Source: an uncultured Planctomycetota bacterium
Lineage (GTDB): Bacteria > Planctomycetota > Planctomycetia > Isosphaerales > Isosphaeraceae
Reading direction: 5' to 3'
NCBI GenBank assembly: GCA_963845755.1
Contig: CAWJTV010000022.1
Span: forward strand, 32,001 to 96,000
Length of the DNA stretch: 64,000 nt
Below the pieces are notes generated by a model. That model was not told the origin of the DNA. It ran no database searches and saw only the letters and a program-made list of their open reading frames with translations. Positions 1 to 11,349 of this stretch are shown here, piece after piece (the stretch's first letter is position 1; the number at the start of each line of letters is the position of its first letter). The position numbers were made by a program, and so were the translations under genes.

Positions 1-1668
1 GCCTTGCTTCAGCTCATCCAGCAGATCGAGCCACCGCAGGATGTCCCAGACCCACTGACCCAGGAGCGGCCGATTGACCCAGAGCCCCCATTCCGCGGGT
101 GTGTGATCGCGGACACCGGCCACGGGGCCGATGTTGGCCAGCCATCGGCCTGTGCCGCGAAAGCCGGATAATTCCAGCGTGCCATGCCCAGCCTGACGCC
201 ATTTGCGCAGGATCGCGTCGAGCGCGCCGCGCTCTTTCGCCTTAAACTCGCCATCGGGCTTCGGCCCCGCCGAAAGGATGATCGCCGTCCCTTTTTGAGT
301 CGTCTTGCCAAATAGCGCACGGCCCCGAGTTCGAATCCCGGGCTCGGTCGCGATCGTGATCTCGACGCCATCCAGCCCCATCTGCGCCTGGGGTTCCATC
401 GGACTCTTCCGAGGGAATCCGCCGAGGATCTCGTCGCGAAGGTGGCTGCGCATCCGCTCGGCGTCCGCATCCCAACGCTCGCGATGATCGGGAGGTTGAG
501 GGAGCGCCGCGAGCCGCTGTTGCCCTTCCCGTGCAGCGAATTCGGGGATCGTGACGATCGATCTGGGCCGAGATGCTCCCTGAGGATAGCACCGCAGTGC
601 TCCCACCTCTTCCACCGCAAGGGGAGGTTCGGGGATCGGACGCCCATCACCGCGGCCTCGAAGCCATTTCTCCACCCAGCCGTACATGACCTCGCGCATG
701 GGCTTGTTGTAATCATGTCCCGACTCGATCGCGACGTGACGGATCTTGTCCTCATGGCCCAGGAGTCGGAACCGCTCGCGGGCGAAGGCGATGCTCTTGG
801 CGGCTTCGTCGACGCTGAACTGGAGGGCATCGCGGGTCGCATTGATGACCAGAAGGGCGCGGGGGGCGACCATGGCCAGGAGGTCGCCGGTCGTGGCGTA
901 GGCCGCGCCGCCCGGATTGACCTCGCAGACGCAACAAGCGGTCCTGAGATAGGCATCGTAGGTCCCGATACCGCAAACTGGGATCACTGCAGCGAGGCGT
1001 TCGTCGGTCGCCCCGGAGTAGAACGACTGGTTGCCGCCTCCCGACGCGCCGGTGATCGCCAGCCGAGCCGGGTCTACCTCGGAGCGTGAAATCAGGTAAT
1101 CGACGGCGCGGCGATTGTCGTAGACTTGCAACCCGATCAGGGGCGTTCCCAGCGGCCAGAGCGAAGCACCCACGAGGGCGCCGTGGTAGGTCCCTGGGCC
1201 CGGCTCGATCGCCCGCTCGCCCGCACCGAAGGCGTCGAGGCTGAGGACCACATAGCCCAGCTTGGCCAGTCCGATGCAGCGCGGCTGGATGTGCGGGTCG
1301 ATACGGGCCCAGGACCAATGGCCGTGGACCGAAACGACGCCGGGGTATGGCCCTTGGATGGGGTCGGGGCGGTATAGATTGGCCGTCACCCGAACATCCG
1401 GTCGGCTCTGAAAGGTCAGCCGCTCGATCGCGTAGCCGTCGCGCCGGAGGACGCCAAGAACCTCGGGGTCCAGGGGACACGCCGTCGCAGGCATCCGGCC
1501 GAACGATCGCCACAGCTTTTGGCGCACCGGGGCCAGCCGTTGGTTCCAGCCATCAAGGGTCGCTGGAGCCGCTTCCGGTCGCCCCGCGCCTCGCGACTGG
1601 CGGCGGATAAACGTCTCGTAATCGGCTGGCGAATATCCAGAGTCCCTCGTCCTCATTTTCATCCTCAT
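1..1668 (-). CDS. Alpha/beta hydrolase (acetyl xylan esterase / dienelactone hydrolase-like), 3' end runs off the window
   Basis: Hand translation of a minus-strand frame missing from the ORF track (no stop before the edge): ...VTANLYRP...VVSVHGHW...LGYVVLSLDAFGAGER...RAVDYLISRSEVDPARLAITGASGGGNQ...HDYNKPMREVMYGW. GASGG is the nucleophile elbow. Start could be 1668, 1662 or 1656. Confidence 0.85.
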   Translation of the reverse strand, partial: MRMKMRTRDSGYSPADYETFIRRQSRGAGRPEAAPATLDGWNQRLAPVRQKLWRSFGRMPATACPLDPEVLGVLRRDGYAIERLTFQSRPDVRVTANLYRPDPIQGPYPGVVSVHGHWSWARIDPHIQPRCIGLAKLGYVVLSLDAFGAGERAIEPGPGTYHGALVGASLWPLGTPLIGLQVYDNRRAVDYLISRSEVDPARLAITGASGGGNQSFYSGATDERLAAVIPVCGIGTYDAYLRTACCVCEVNPGGAAYATTGDLLAMVAPRALLVINATRDALQFSVDEAAKSIAFARERFRLLGHEDKIRHVAIESGHDYNKPMREVMYGWVEKWLRGRGDGRPIPEPPLAVEEVGALRCYPQGASRPRSIVTIPEFAAREGQQRLAALPQPPDHRERWDADAERMRSHLRDEILGGFPRKSPMEPQAQMGLDGVEITIATEPGIRTRGRALFGKTTQKGTAIILSAGPKPDGEFKAKERGALDAILRKWRQAGHGTLELSGFRGTGRWLANIGPVAGVRDHTPAEWGLWVNRPLLGQWVWDILRWLDLLDELKQG

Positions 1669-1745
1669 CTCAGGGTCGGCCGGTCATGGGCGAGAGGAGA
1701 TTGGCCTGTTCTCGCAACGGGCAGAGTTTACGGCGGCAGGACAGT

Positions 1746-2034
1746 AGAGTCGTCCTCCGTAGGATCCCTGCGCCGTGCGCATTTGGGGATTCCGGATTCG
1801 AGATTCCCGATTCCGGAATCATTCCCCTTCGGGAATCCGGGATCGCGAATCGGGAATCCCTCTTGGATTGCGGCCGGAGGCCGCGTCAGAGTCGTCCTGC
1901 GTAGGATCCCTGCGCCGTGCGCATCGGGGGATTCCGAATTCCGGATTCGAGATTCCCGATTCCGGAATCATGCCCCTTGGGGAATTCGGAATCTCGAATC
2001 GGGAATCCCTCTTGGGTTGCGGCCGAAGGCCGCG
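1746..2034. repeat. Two tandem ~142/147-bp palindromic units built from GATTCC/GGAATC heptamers
   Basis: Both units begin AGAGTCGTCCT (1746, 1888). Each has a heptamer run GGATTCC-GGATTCG-AGATTCC-CGATTCC, its inverted GGAATC run, and a GCGGCCG-AGGCCGC hairpin. Confidence 0.9.
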
Positions 2035-2037
2035 CTG

Positions 2038-2093
2038 AGGTCAGGCGCTCCAGCCTGACGGGTCTGGGGAGTCAGGTTGGAGCGCCTGACCTC
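2038..2093. repeat. REP-like inverted repeat pair
   Basis: GAGGTCAGGCGCTCCAGCCTGAC ... GTCAGGTTGGAGCGCCTGACCTC. Confidence 0.75.
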
Positions 2094-2176
2094 CGTAGTG
2101 TTCTTTCTCGCCAGAGTAATCGGAGGAGGAGCAGACCCCAAGCCCCCTCTGGCGATCGATCTTCGATCGGCCAGGC

Positions 2177-4279
2177 TCACCTGCGTCGATTTCTTGCCTT
2201 CGCCAGGGAGAGGCGAGCTTGAGCATGATCGGGGCGGAGACGGAGGACCTCCTCGAATTCGGCGGCCGCATCTGATCTCCGACCCAAGGTGACCAGGATC
2301 GCACCCAGGACGTAGTGGGCCTGGGGATTCTGGTGATTGCGGCGGATGGCCTCTCGCAACTGGGTGATCGCTTCGGCGGAATGTCCCTGCTGGGCCAGCG
2401 CCAATCCGAGGTTGATCCGCGAACCGGAGTCATCGGGGTCTAGCCGGAGGGCCTTCTGGTAGTGGACAACGGCTTTGTCCTGACGGCCCTGGAGGACGTA
2501 TGCCGTCCCGAGGGCGGCATACGCCTCCGTGTAACCGGGCCGCAGCTCCACGGCCGTCTTCAACTCGCGGATCGCCTTATCAACCTTGCGTTGATGAATG
2601 AGAGCAACGCCCAGGTTGAAGTGGAGATTGGGAAAGTCCGGCTGAAGTTGGAGCCCCTCGCGATAAAGCGCGATCGCTTCGTCGGCATGCCCTTGATGCA
2701 CCAGGGCCGCACCCAGGTTGAGGGGAACCCTCGGATTCTGCGGCTGTAACCTCCTCGCCTCGCGAAGGTATGCGATGGCCGCGTCGTTGTCACCGTGGCG
2801 GTCCAGCGCGACACCCAGGTCGCAAGTGGCCTCGAAGTTATCGGGGCGGATGCGCAGAGCCTCGCGGAACTCGGCGATCGCAGGCTCCAACTTCCCTTCG
2901 TCGGCAAGCGTCGTGCCCATGAAATCATGCAACTCCGAGCTCCATCCGGCGTACTCCAGCGCATGTCCCCAGAGGTGCTCCGTGCTATCCCAGACGTGGC
3001 ATTGGGCCGAGCACAGCGCCATCGAGCCGCAAGCGACAGCGATCGTACCGGCCCCAGCCACGAGCAGAACCGGGCGCGACCATCGGCGTTGCGCGAGTCC
3101 GCAGGCCCCGGCGCAACCGAGGATAACCCATGCCATCAAGGGGGCATGGCCGTAGTGGTCCGACGCCAGGGTGATGTTGACCCGCGCCAGGCCGAGGTAG
3201 GGGGAGGCGATGACCAGATAGGCTGCCAGGGTCGCCAGCAACCCGGGCCATCTCCTCCGCAACACGAATGCTGCCGACACGGCGAGCACGACGCCGGCGA
3301 AGCACACCGCGAAGAGAGGCGTCAGGAAGTCTCCGCCCTCCGGGCGGGGATAAAAGGCTGTGATCCCGAGGGGCCAGGCGGTCTTCGCGAGATAGAAGCA
3401 AGCCCCGAAGCTCGCCTGAGCCACCCGGCCGACGAGCACAGGCTGAGTGGTCACCTCGGGATCTCCCCTCCACTTGGCCTCGAACGCTACAGCCGTGAAG
3501 ACCAGGCAGAAGACCAGGATGGCGCCTTTTTCGATCAGGACTGTCCGGACGGCGGGCCATAATGGAGGTTTCCCGGCGAGTCGCCCTAACGGATACGCAT
3601 CGAGGATGAGGAAGACAAACGGCAGGACGACAGCCGACCCCTTCGAGAGCACGGCCAGCACGATCAGCACAGACGAGCCGACCATCCAGGAACGGCGGTA
3701 CACCCCGCTCGAAGGATGGGCGCGCAGATAGGCCAACGTCGCGAGTAGCGAGAAGAATATGCTGGGCAGATGGGCCTGGCACGACGCCCAGGCGACCGTC
3801 TCAACCCGCAAGGGATGGACGGCGTACAATGCCACAGGAACGCCGCAAAGCCAGCCCAGCGCGCCTCCCAAACGCCCCGCAGCCTCGGGCATGGCCCTCG
3901 CCAAGAGTCGGACGCAGAGGAGATGCAAGAGGACCACGTTCACGACGTGGAAGAGGAGGCTGACGAGGTGATAGCCCCGCGGGTCGAGGCCGAAGATCTC
4001 GTAGGTGAGACTCTGGATCAGCCAGCCGAGCGGATGATAGTCGCTACCGGCGAACGAGGTGAATGCGAACTGGATCTGTTCCCAGCCCAGGCCGCGGAAC
4101 GCGTGGTTTTCGAGAATCCACTTGTGGTCGTCCCAATCGACGAACCCGTTGCTGAGCACCGGTGAGAAGGCGATCCACACGCCCGCGACGAGCACGACCC
4201 AGACCGGCCAGAGTATTCCCAGGCCCGGCATTTCGGCCGATTTGAGGACGGCGTTGGCAGGAAGATTCTTTCTTCCCAT
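2177..4279 (-). CDS. Multi-TM GT-C/PMT-like glycosyltransferase with C-terminal TPR array (TMTC-like)
   Basis: TM1 followed by FVDWDD, YHPLGW, HPLRVETVAW, SKGSAVVLP, about 10 hydrophobic segments, then about 8 TPR repeats. Likely start MGRKN at 4279 inside ORF 2177..4699. Confidence 0.8.
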   Translation of the reverse strand: MGRKNLPANAVLKSAEMPGLGILWPVWVVLVAGVWIAFSPVLSNGFVDWDDHKWILENHAFRGLGWEQIQFAFTSFAGSDYHPLGWLIQSLTYEIFGLDPRGYHLVSLLFHVVNVVLLHLLCVRLLARAMPEAAGRLGGALGWLCGVPVALYAVHPLRVETVAWASCQAHLPSIFFSLLATLAYLRAHPSSGVYRRSWMVGSSVLIVLAVLSKGSAVVLPFVFLILDAYPLGRLAGKPPLWPAVRTVLIEKGAILVFCLVFTAVAFEAKWRGDPEVTTQPVLVGRVAQASFGACFYLAKTAWPLGITAFYPRPEGGDFLTPLFAVCFAGVVLAVSAAFVLRRRWPGLLATLAAYLVIASPYLGLARVNITLASDHYGHAPLMAWVILGCAGACGLAQRRWSRPVLLVAGAGTIAVACGSMALCSAQCHVWDSTEHLWGHALEYAGWSSELHDFMGTTLADEGKLEPAIAEFREALRIRPDNFEATCDLGVALDRHGDNDAAIAYLREARRLQPQNPRVPLNLGAALVHQGHADEAIALYREGLQLQPDFPNLHFNLGVALIHQRKVDKAIRELKTAVELRPGYTEAYAALGTAYVLQGRQDKAVVHYQKALRLDPDDSGSRINLGLALAQQGHSAEAITQLREAIRRNHQNPQAHYVLGAILVTLGRRSDAAAEFEEVLRLRPDHAQARLSLAKARNRRR

Positions 4280-4735
4280 GGAGCGTCGCTCCGGCGCGTG
4301 GTGGTGGGCGTTGGAGCCGCCGCCGACCGTCGCGCTCGGACGCGGCCGGCGGAATTTAATCGCATTCGCCCATCGCGTCAATCTCACCGCGCCTCCCCGA
4401 CCGTAACAACGAGGTCGGCTCTCGCCAGGTTGATCGCCGCCTCGGTCGCGGCTCGAGGCATTCGCCGGCGGTGTCGCAAGGGCCAGCGAGCCGCGTTGGT
4501 GCGCGCAATGACACGGGTGAACGCAAATGAACTGGAAAGGATCGGCACAACTGATAAGATCCGCGGGTCGGGCCAAGGCTGCACCTCGACGCTCCGGGCT
4601 CCTGGAGCGGTTCCTTGACACTCCTCGGCGAATACCACCCTCGTGACCGCGGTCCTCAGGCCGCGGTCCGGACGGGGAACCTCCAACCTCGCACATCATA
4701 GCAAGTGATCATTTTATTATAATGAGAATAATTAT

Positions 4736-5476
4736 ATGAATATGTCTGTCTCTTTGGTGCTCCTGGCCCACAACGAGGCCGAGGTCGTCGAAGGGGTGAT
4801 CCGGGAATTTCATACCAAGGTCGTTTCGAAGATCCCGGGATCCGAGATCGTGGTGGCCGAGGACGGCAGTACCGACGGCACGAAGGAGATTCTCCGTCGC
4901 CTTTGCGACGAGATCCCCGAGATGCGCCTGGAAGAGGGGGAGGAGAAGCGCGGGTATGTCGGGGCCTTCAGGGCGGCCATGGCTCTGCCGAATAATGATC
5001 TGATCTTATTCTGTGATGCCAGCGGCAAGCACGACCCGGACGATTTCTGGCCGATGTATGAGCAGATCGCCGACTGCGATATGATCGTAGGTTACAAGAC
5101 GAAGCGCCAGGATCCCTTCTACCGGATCGTGCTGACGAAGGCCTTCAACTTCTGCGCGAACCGCTACTTTGACGTGTTTTTCCGCGACATCGATTGCCCG
5201 TTCCGGCTCATCCGCAAGGAAGCGTACCGAAAGGTCGAAGAGGTGCCGTGGATCCAGACGGCCCTCATCAACTTCGAGGTGACCGTCCGCATGGTCAAGC
5301 TGGGCTTCCGGGTCAAAGAAGTCCCGGTCAAACACTTTGCGCGGAAGAATGGACCATCGCGAGGCTTGCCACTGAAGTCGATTCCCGGAGTGATTCTGGA
5401 AACCTTGAGCAACTTCCCGGCAATCAGGAGGTCGATTCTCGCCATGCCCTCATCCTTCCGGTCAACTCGCGCCTGA
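4736..5476 (+). CDS. GT2 glycosyltransferase, polyprenol-phosphate sugar synthase (DPM1-like)
   Basis: LLAHNEA, VAEDGSTDGT, FCDASGKHDP (DxD-like), DIDCPFRL, EVPVKHFARKNGPS. Confidence 0.85.
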   Translation: MNMSVSLVLLAHNEAEVVEGVIREFHTKVVSKIPGSEIVVAEDGSTDGTKEILRRLCDEIPEMRLEEGEEKRGYVGAFRAAMALPNNDLILFCDASGKHDPDDFWPMYEQIADCDMIVGYKTKRQDPFYRIVLTKAFNFCANRYFDVFFRDIDCPFRLIRKEAYRKVEEVPWIQTALINFEVTVRMVKLGFRVKEVPVKHFARKNGPSRGLPLKSIPGVILETLSNFPAIRRSILAMPSSFRSTRA

Positions 5477-5807
5477 GATCAACGTGGGAGTCTCGTGAGC
5501 GGTCAAGGCCGGATGGCCTTGACGAATCCGACCCCCGCATGACGCCTTCGGCATCCTATTTGAAGCACTGGCTCTCTTCTGGTAGGTTGTGCGGAGCGGG
5601 ATCGGTCTCCGTCGCGCCATCAGGGTGATGGCGGCTCCGCCCGCATCAATCCCGAGCGCCGGCGCAGGATCCTCGGATCCCCAGGCTGCCAGGCCCGTGC
5701 GACGATCGTTGCGCCGCGCAATCATCTCCGATCCGGAGACGTGCCGCGAGACCGGCGAGCATGCAGAAAACGGACACCTCGTACCCCACGCTGGAGAAGA
5801 TAACACC

Positions 5808-6428
5808 ATGGCGGAATACACCTTACCTCCCTTGCCCTACGATCATGGCGCCCTGGAGCCACACATCGACGCCAAGACCATGGAGATTCATCACACCAAG
5901 CATCACCAGGCCTATGTCACCAACCTCAACAACGCGCTGAAGGATCACCCCGATCATCAGGGCAAGACGATCGAGGACCTGATCGGGCATCTCGACGCGT
6001 TGCCGGAGTCGATTCGGACCGCGGTGCGGAACAACGGGGGCGGGCACGCCAATCACTCGATGTTCTGGCAGATCATGAAGCCGGGTGGCGGAGGCGAGCC
6101 GACCGGGGCGTTGGCGGCGGCGATCACCTCCGACCTGGGCGGCTTCGCGGCCTTCAAGGACGCCCTGGCCAAGTCGGGGGCGGGCCGCTTCGGCTCGGGA
6201 TGGGCCTGGCTGATCCTGGGCAAGGACGGCAAGCTCGCCGTCACCTCGACGCCCAACCAGGATAGTCCGCTCATGGAGGGCCTGACCCCCATCATGGGTG
6301 TCGACGTCTGGGAGCATGCCTACTACTTGAAATACCAGAATCGGCGCCCGGATTACCTCGCGGCCTGGTGGAATACCCTGAACTGGGAGGAGATCGGCCG
6401 TCGCTTCGAGGTCGCGAAGAAGAAGTAG
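5808..6428 (+). CDS. sodA: Superoxide dismutase (Mn-type)
   Basis: [53 protein letters not shown] upstream of ATG 5808. Confidence 0.96.
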   Translation: MAEYTLPPLPYDHGALEPHIDAKTMEIHHTKHHQAYVTNLNNALKDHPDHQGKTIEDLIGHLDALPESIRTAVRNNGGGHANHSMFWQIMKPGGGGEPTGALAAAITSDLGGFAAFKDALAKSGAGRFGSGWAWLILGKDGKLAVTSTPNQDSPLMEGLTPIMGVDVWEHAYYLKYQNRRPDYLAAWWNTLNWEEIGRRFEVAKKK

Positions 6429-6741
6429 ACCGCGATGGGGGAGCAGATCACCCGACGACCGGCCCATTGCTTCCCGACGAGCCTCCCGCGATTCCGCTTG
6501 ACCGCCACCGGGGATTTCGTATCATTCCGACCGCCTCGGAAGGACCGTTCGTCCTTCCGAGGATCCTCTCCCCGCGAACGACTCGTCCGTGCCGATCATC
6601 GGGTCGGGATTCCGACACGTTCCCTATCTCGAGGCGTTGTCAACGGCGATGGCTGGTCGCCGCTCTCATAATTGGCCAGGTCACAAATCTTACTTTCGCC
6701 ACGGCGCCGGAGCGCGTCGGGCACCAGGGAAGGAGGAGGTC

Positions 6742-7164
6742 ATGTCGATGGATCGACTCAGACGCGTCCTGACCGGCGGGACTTTGGTGGCGATCTTGGG
6801 CCCCGTCATCGCAGCTTCGGGCTGCCGGAGCACGCGGAGCGAGGTGCCGCCCGGGAAGCCGTATTCCACAGTCGGCGGGACGCCCGACTTGAACTTCAAC
6901 TCCGCCCCGCACCCGAATAACTCCATCAATGGCGGCTTATACAGCGGTGGTACGCCCGGTATGCCCGGCCAGCCGGGTATGCCCGGCCCGGGGAGTCCCA
7001 CGGGAATCCCGGGGGGGATGGATGGCTCGCCTTCCGGCGCGGGATCGACCGGAACTCTGGGTACGCCCGGTCCCAACCAGACGCCCTTTGGACAGCCGAC
7101 GAACAACCAGTACGGCCCTCCCCAGGGTATGCCGCCCGTGGGGAGCTACAATCCGGGCCGCTGA
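6742..7164 (+). CDS. Pro/Gly-rich putative lipoprotein
   Basis: Strong RBS AGGAGGAGG, basic N-terminus, hydrophobic stretch, lipobox-like ASGC, low-complexity P/G tail. Confidence 0.65.
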   Translation: MSMDRLRRVLTGGTLVAILGPVIAASGCRSTRSEVPPGKPYSTVGGTPDLNFNSAPHPNNSINGGLYSGGTPGMPGQPGMPGPGSPTGIPGGMDGSPSGAGSTGTLGTPGPNQTPFGQPTNNQYGPPQGMPPVGSYNPGR

Positions 7165-7263
7165 GCCGACTGTCGTGGCAAGGGACAGTTCTGTAAACCG
7201 TTCGGACTGGGCTGGGGCTCGGTCGGCCGGACACCGGTCTGACCAGCCCCCAGCGACGACATC

Positions 7264-8005
7264 ATGAGCCCGTCCCTGGTGATCCTGTATGAAGATTCGG
7301 ACTGCCTGGCCGTCGCCAAGCCGGCCGGGCAGTTCACGCAGGGCCGCTGGGCACCGCCGGGCGAGGTGAGCCTGGAGATGGCGGTTCGCCGGCACCTCGA
7401 GGCCGATGATCCGGATTCGGTCTACCTGGGCATGGTCCACCGGCTAGACCGGCCGACTTCTGGGGTCTTGCTCTGGGCCAAGACGCCGAAGGCCGCCCGC
7501 CGGCTCTCGTCGCAATTCGAGAAGCGGCGGGTGGTCAAGGAATACTGGGCGATCGTGGAGCTGGGCCGCCGCGGAGAGGCCAACCCCGCATCGGCTCGGA
7601 CTGCCGACGCTCATGAGGAGACCTGGTGCGACTGGTTGACCCGTCCGAGCCAGGCCGGGTTGGTCCGGGTGGTTGCGCCGGAAACGCCGGGCTCGCGCCA
7701 AGCCATGACCCTGGTGCAGCACACCGCGCGGGCGGAACTGCCGGCCGGCTGTGCCTGGTTAAGACTCTGGCCACAGACCGGGCGGACCCATCAACTCCGC
7801 CGCCCAGGCCGCCTCGCGGGGGATGCCGATCGTCGGCGATGTCGAATATGGATCCGCCACGGCGTTCGGGGCACCGCATTCGATCGCGCTCCACGCCCGG
7901 TCGCTTCAGGTTCGTCACCCGATCCTTCAGACCGCGCTGACCCTCGACGCGCCTATCCCTCCCGAGTGGCACTCCTGGGGAGTGTCGGGGACGAGTGGTG
8001 GCTGA
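7264..8005 (+). CDS. rluA: RluA-family RNA pseudouridine synthase (frameshift near 7800)
   Basis: AVAKPAG, VHRLDRPTSG, TGRTHQLR; continues in another frame as PIVGDVEYG...ALHARSLQVRHP. Confidence 0.88.
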
Positions 8006-8027
8006 AGGTCAAGCCCGTCAGCCGGGC

Positions 8028-8507
8028 TCAGGGCAGGCTGATCTCGAGGATCTTCAATGTGCGGACCCCGCGGGGGACCGGGACCTCAACCTGCTCTCCG
8101 ACCTGTTTCCCGACCAGGCTCTGGCCGACCGGACCGGTGATCGGGATCTTATCCTGGTCGGGGTCCTCCTCGCCGGGACCGACCAGGATGTAGTCTTCTT
8201 CCTCGTTGAAGTCAACGTCGAGAACGCGGACCTTCAAGCCGAACGCGGCCCGTTCGGTGGACAGGTTGGACTTGTCCACGATGTACGCTCGACTGAGCGT
8301 GTTCTGGACATCGTTGATCTTGGCCTGGAGCATCCCCTGCGCCTCGACAGCCGCGTCGAACTCGGCATTCTCCGACAGGTCGCCGTATCCCCGGGCCTGG
8401 GCGATCTGCTCGGCGATCCGGGGCATGTCCTCGTTTTTGTACTTGTCGAGCTCGGCCTTCTTCTTGTCATAGCCTTCCTTCGACATAGGAATTCGGTCGT
8501 TGGACAT
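8028..8507 (-). CDS. greA: Transcription elongation factor GreA
   Basis: ARGYGDLSENAEFDAA, PVGQSLVGKQVGEQVEVPVPRG. Confidence 0.95.
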   Translation of the reverse strand: MSNDRIPMSKEGYDKKKAELDKYKNEDMPRIAEQIAQARGYGDLSENAEFDAAVEAQGMLQAKINDVQNTLSRAYIVDKSNLSTERAAFGLKVRVLDVDFNEEEDYILVGPGEEDPDQDKIPITGPVGQSLVGKQVGEQVEVPVPRGVRTLKILEISLP

Positions 8508-9011
8508 GCGGGTCTGCTCCCTCTTTCTGACATGCGACCGCCGCCAACCGGCGACCGAGTGCCGACGAATCCCCAAGGACTCGATGGCACGGAGAGGCTG
8601 ATCCTCGTTGCGCTCGCTCAACTCGGCTTGTTCACCGGAAGATTCGGAGCCAGGATGCCCCGTCGACCGTCACGCTGAATCGGGCCTTGCTCGCGATCGC
8701 CCGTGGTCGGTCGGTCTGTAGAAGTCTCCGTCGCCGGGTGGCACTCGATTCGACACAGTCTTCGCGTGATGCGCCCGGCCCGGTCCGATCGAATGAGAAA
8801 GACCGCGGCCTGGTGATCGCCAGATCCGCGGTCATCCGTCTTTTGCGTAAATTCAGCCTAGCTTCCTGGGATCGATGACGCAAGACCATCTCGGTTCAGT
8901 GTTTCTGCGTTCAGTACAAACCGGGACCACAGAGGCGGACGCATGGGTCGAACTCCGGTTCCGCCTTCTTCCGGCCGCGGAATGCCGATCACGGAAGCGA
9001 ACGAAACGACC

Positions 9012-10290
9012 TCACTCGTGCCTCAGGGCCTCGATCGGGTCCATGAGTGCGGCACGACGAGCGGGGTAGATCCCGAAGAGGATGCCGATGGCCACCGAGA
9101 TGCTGAAGGCTAGCAGCACCGACGCACCGGTCACGACGGCTTTCTGGTCGGGGATGAAATAAATGATCAGTTGGGGGATCAGGAAGCCGACGGCCACGCC
9201 GAGCAAGCCGCCCACCCCGGAGAGCACGACCGTCTCGATCAAGAACTGCTGGGTGATATCCCGGCGCTCGGCGCCGAGGGCTCGCCGGATGCCGATCTCG
9301 CGCGTTCGTTCGGTGACCGTCGCGAGCATGATGTTCATGATGCCGATGCCGCCGACCAGCAAGGAGATCGCCGCGATCGTACCCAGGATGATGCTGAACT
9401 GGCGGGCCTGCCTCTGGGCTGCGACGAGCAGGTCGTAGGGGACCGTCATGTCCACGTCGTTCTTGGGATGAAAGCGCTTGTAGCACGCTTCGATCAGGGG
9501 GACGGTAGGAGTCACCTGGTCGATCGTGCCGACCTGGACGGTGATCTGGGTGAGCTGGGTCTCTTCGGCCTGGGACGAGCCGGATCGATTGTCAACGATC
9601 TTTTCCCCGAAGCGCAGCTTGCAAGTATTGAGGGGGATGTACACGTCCTTGTTGTAATCCTGGGCCGCCACGCTGCCGCCGATCCCGGCCGAGCTGGCGC
9701 GCTCCGCCGTCACGCCCACGACCGTATAGTAGTCGGTGCCGAGCTTGACCGATTGATTGATCGGGTTCTCGAAGGGGAAGAGTCGTATGGCCGTCTCGTG
9801 GGCGAGGACGGCGTAATTCTCATACCTCTCGTTATCCGAGGCGGTCAGGAAGCGTCCCTTCTCGATCTGGAGCAGGTTGAAATCGGCATACTCGTGCGTG
9901 GTACCGACGACGCGACCGTCCAGGTACAGAGACCCGTGCCGGATCTGTTTCTTGATCTCGCGAATGGGCAAAATCTTACGGATCGTCGGGATCGTCTCGA
10001 CCATCCGGTCGAAGTCGGCGTACTTCAGCCCATAGTTGAGCACCCGGGGTGGCCGGCCGCCGGTTCAACTGGACTTCATCACTCGGCTTGACCGAGCGAA
10101 GGATGATATTAGTGGCCCCCAGGGCCTGGATCCGTTCCCGGGCCTCCCGGCTGCTCCCCTCGGCGATCGACAACATCGAAATCACCGCCGCCACGCCGAA
10201 GACGATGCCGAGCACGGTCAGGCCCGACCGCAGCTTGTGGAGCAACAGGCTCTTCATGCCCAGCTTCAGCGCCCGCCAGATGCGTCCCAT
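9012..10290 (-). CDS. MacB/FtsX-type ABC transporter permease (frameshift near 10060)
   Basis: [61 protein letters not shown]. Confidence 0.9.
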
Positions 10291-10434
10291 GGGTCCCTGA
10301 GTCCTCGAGTCGTGGTGGTTGTGTTGTGCGGGAGTTATGCGACGCGTCGCCGGCCGCATTCAAGTGCCTGGATCTGGCGGCCGCCGGCAGCGACTCGACT
10401 CGCGGCGACGCCCCAAGGACTCGAGCACCGAGGG

Positions 10435-11345
<911 letters not shown>

Positions 11346-11349
<4 letters not shown>

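Noticed and set aside
9..1513. ORFs 9..956, 442..1089 and 752..1513
   Set aside because: Shadow frames of the real minus-strand hydrolase, which the ORF track missed.
1746..2034. Possible CRISPR array or coding repeats (ORFs 1519..2058, 1775..2038)
   Set aside because: Only two long units with no unique spacers; the ORFs are translations of heptamer repeats.
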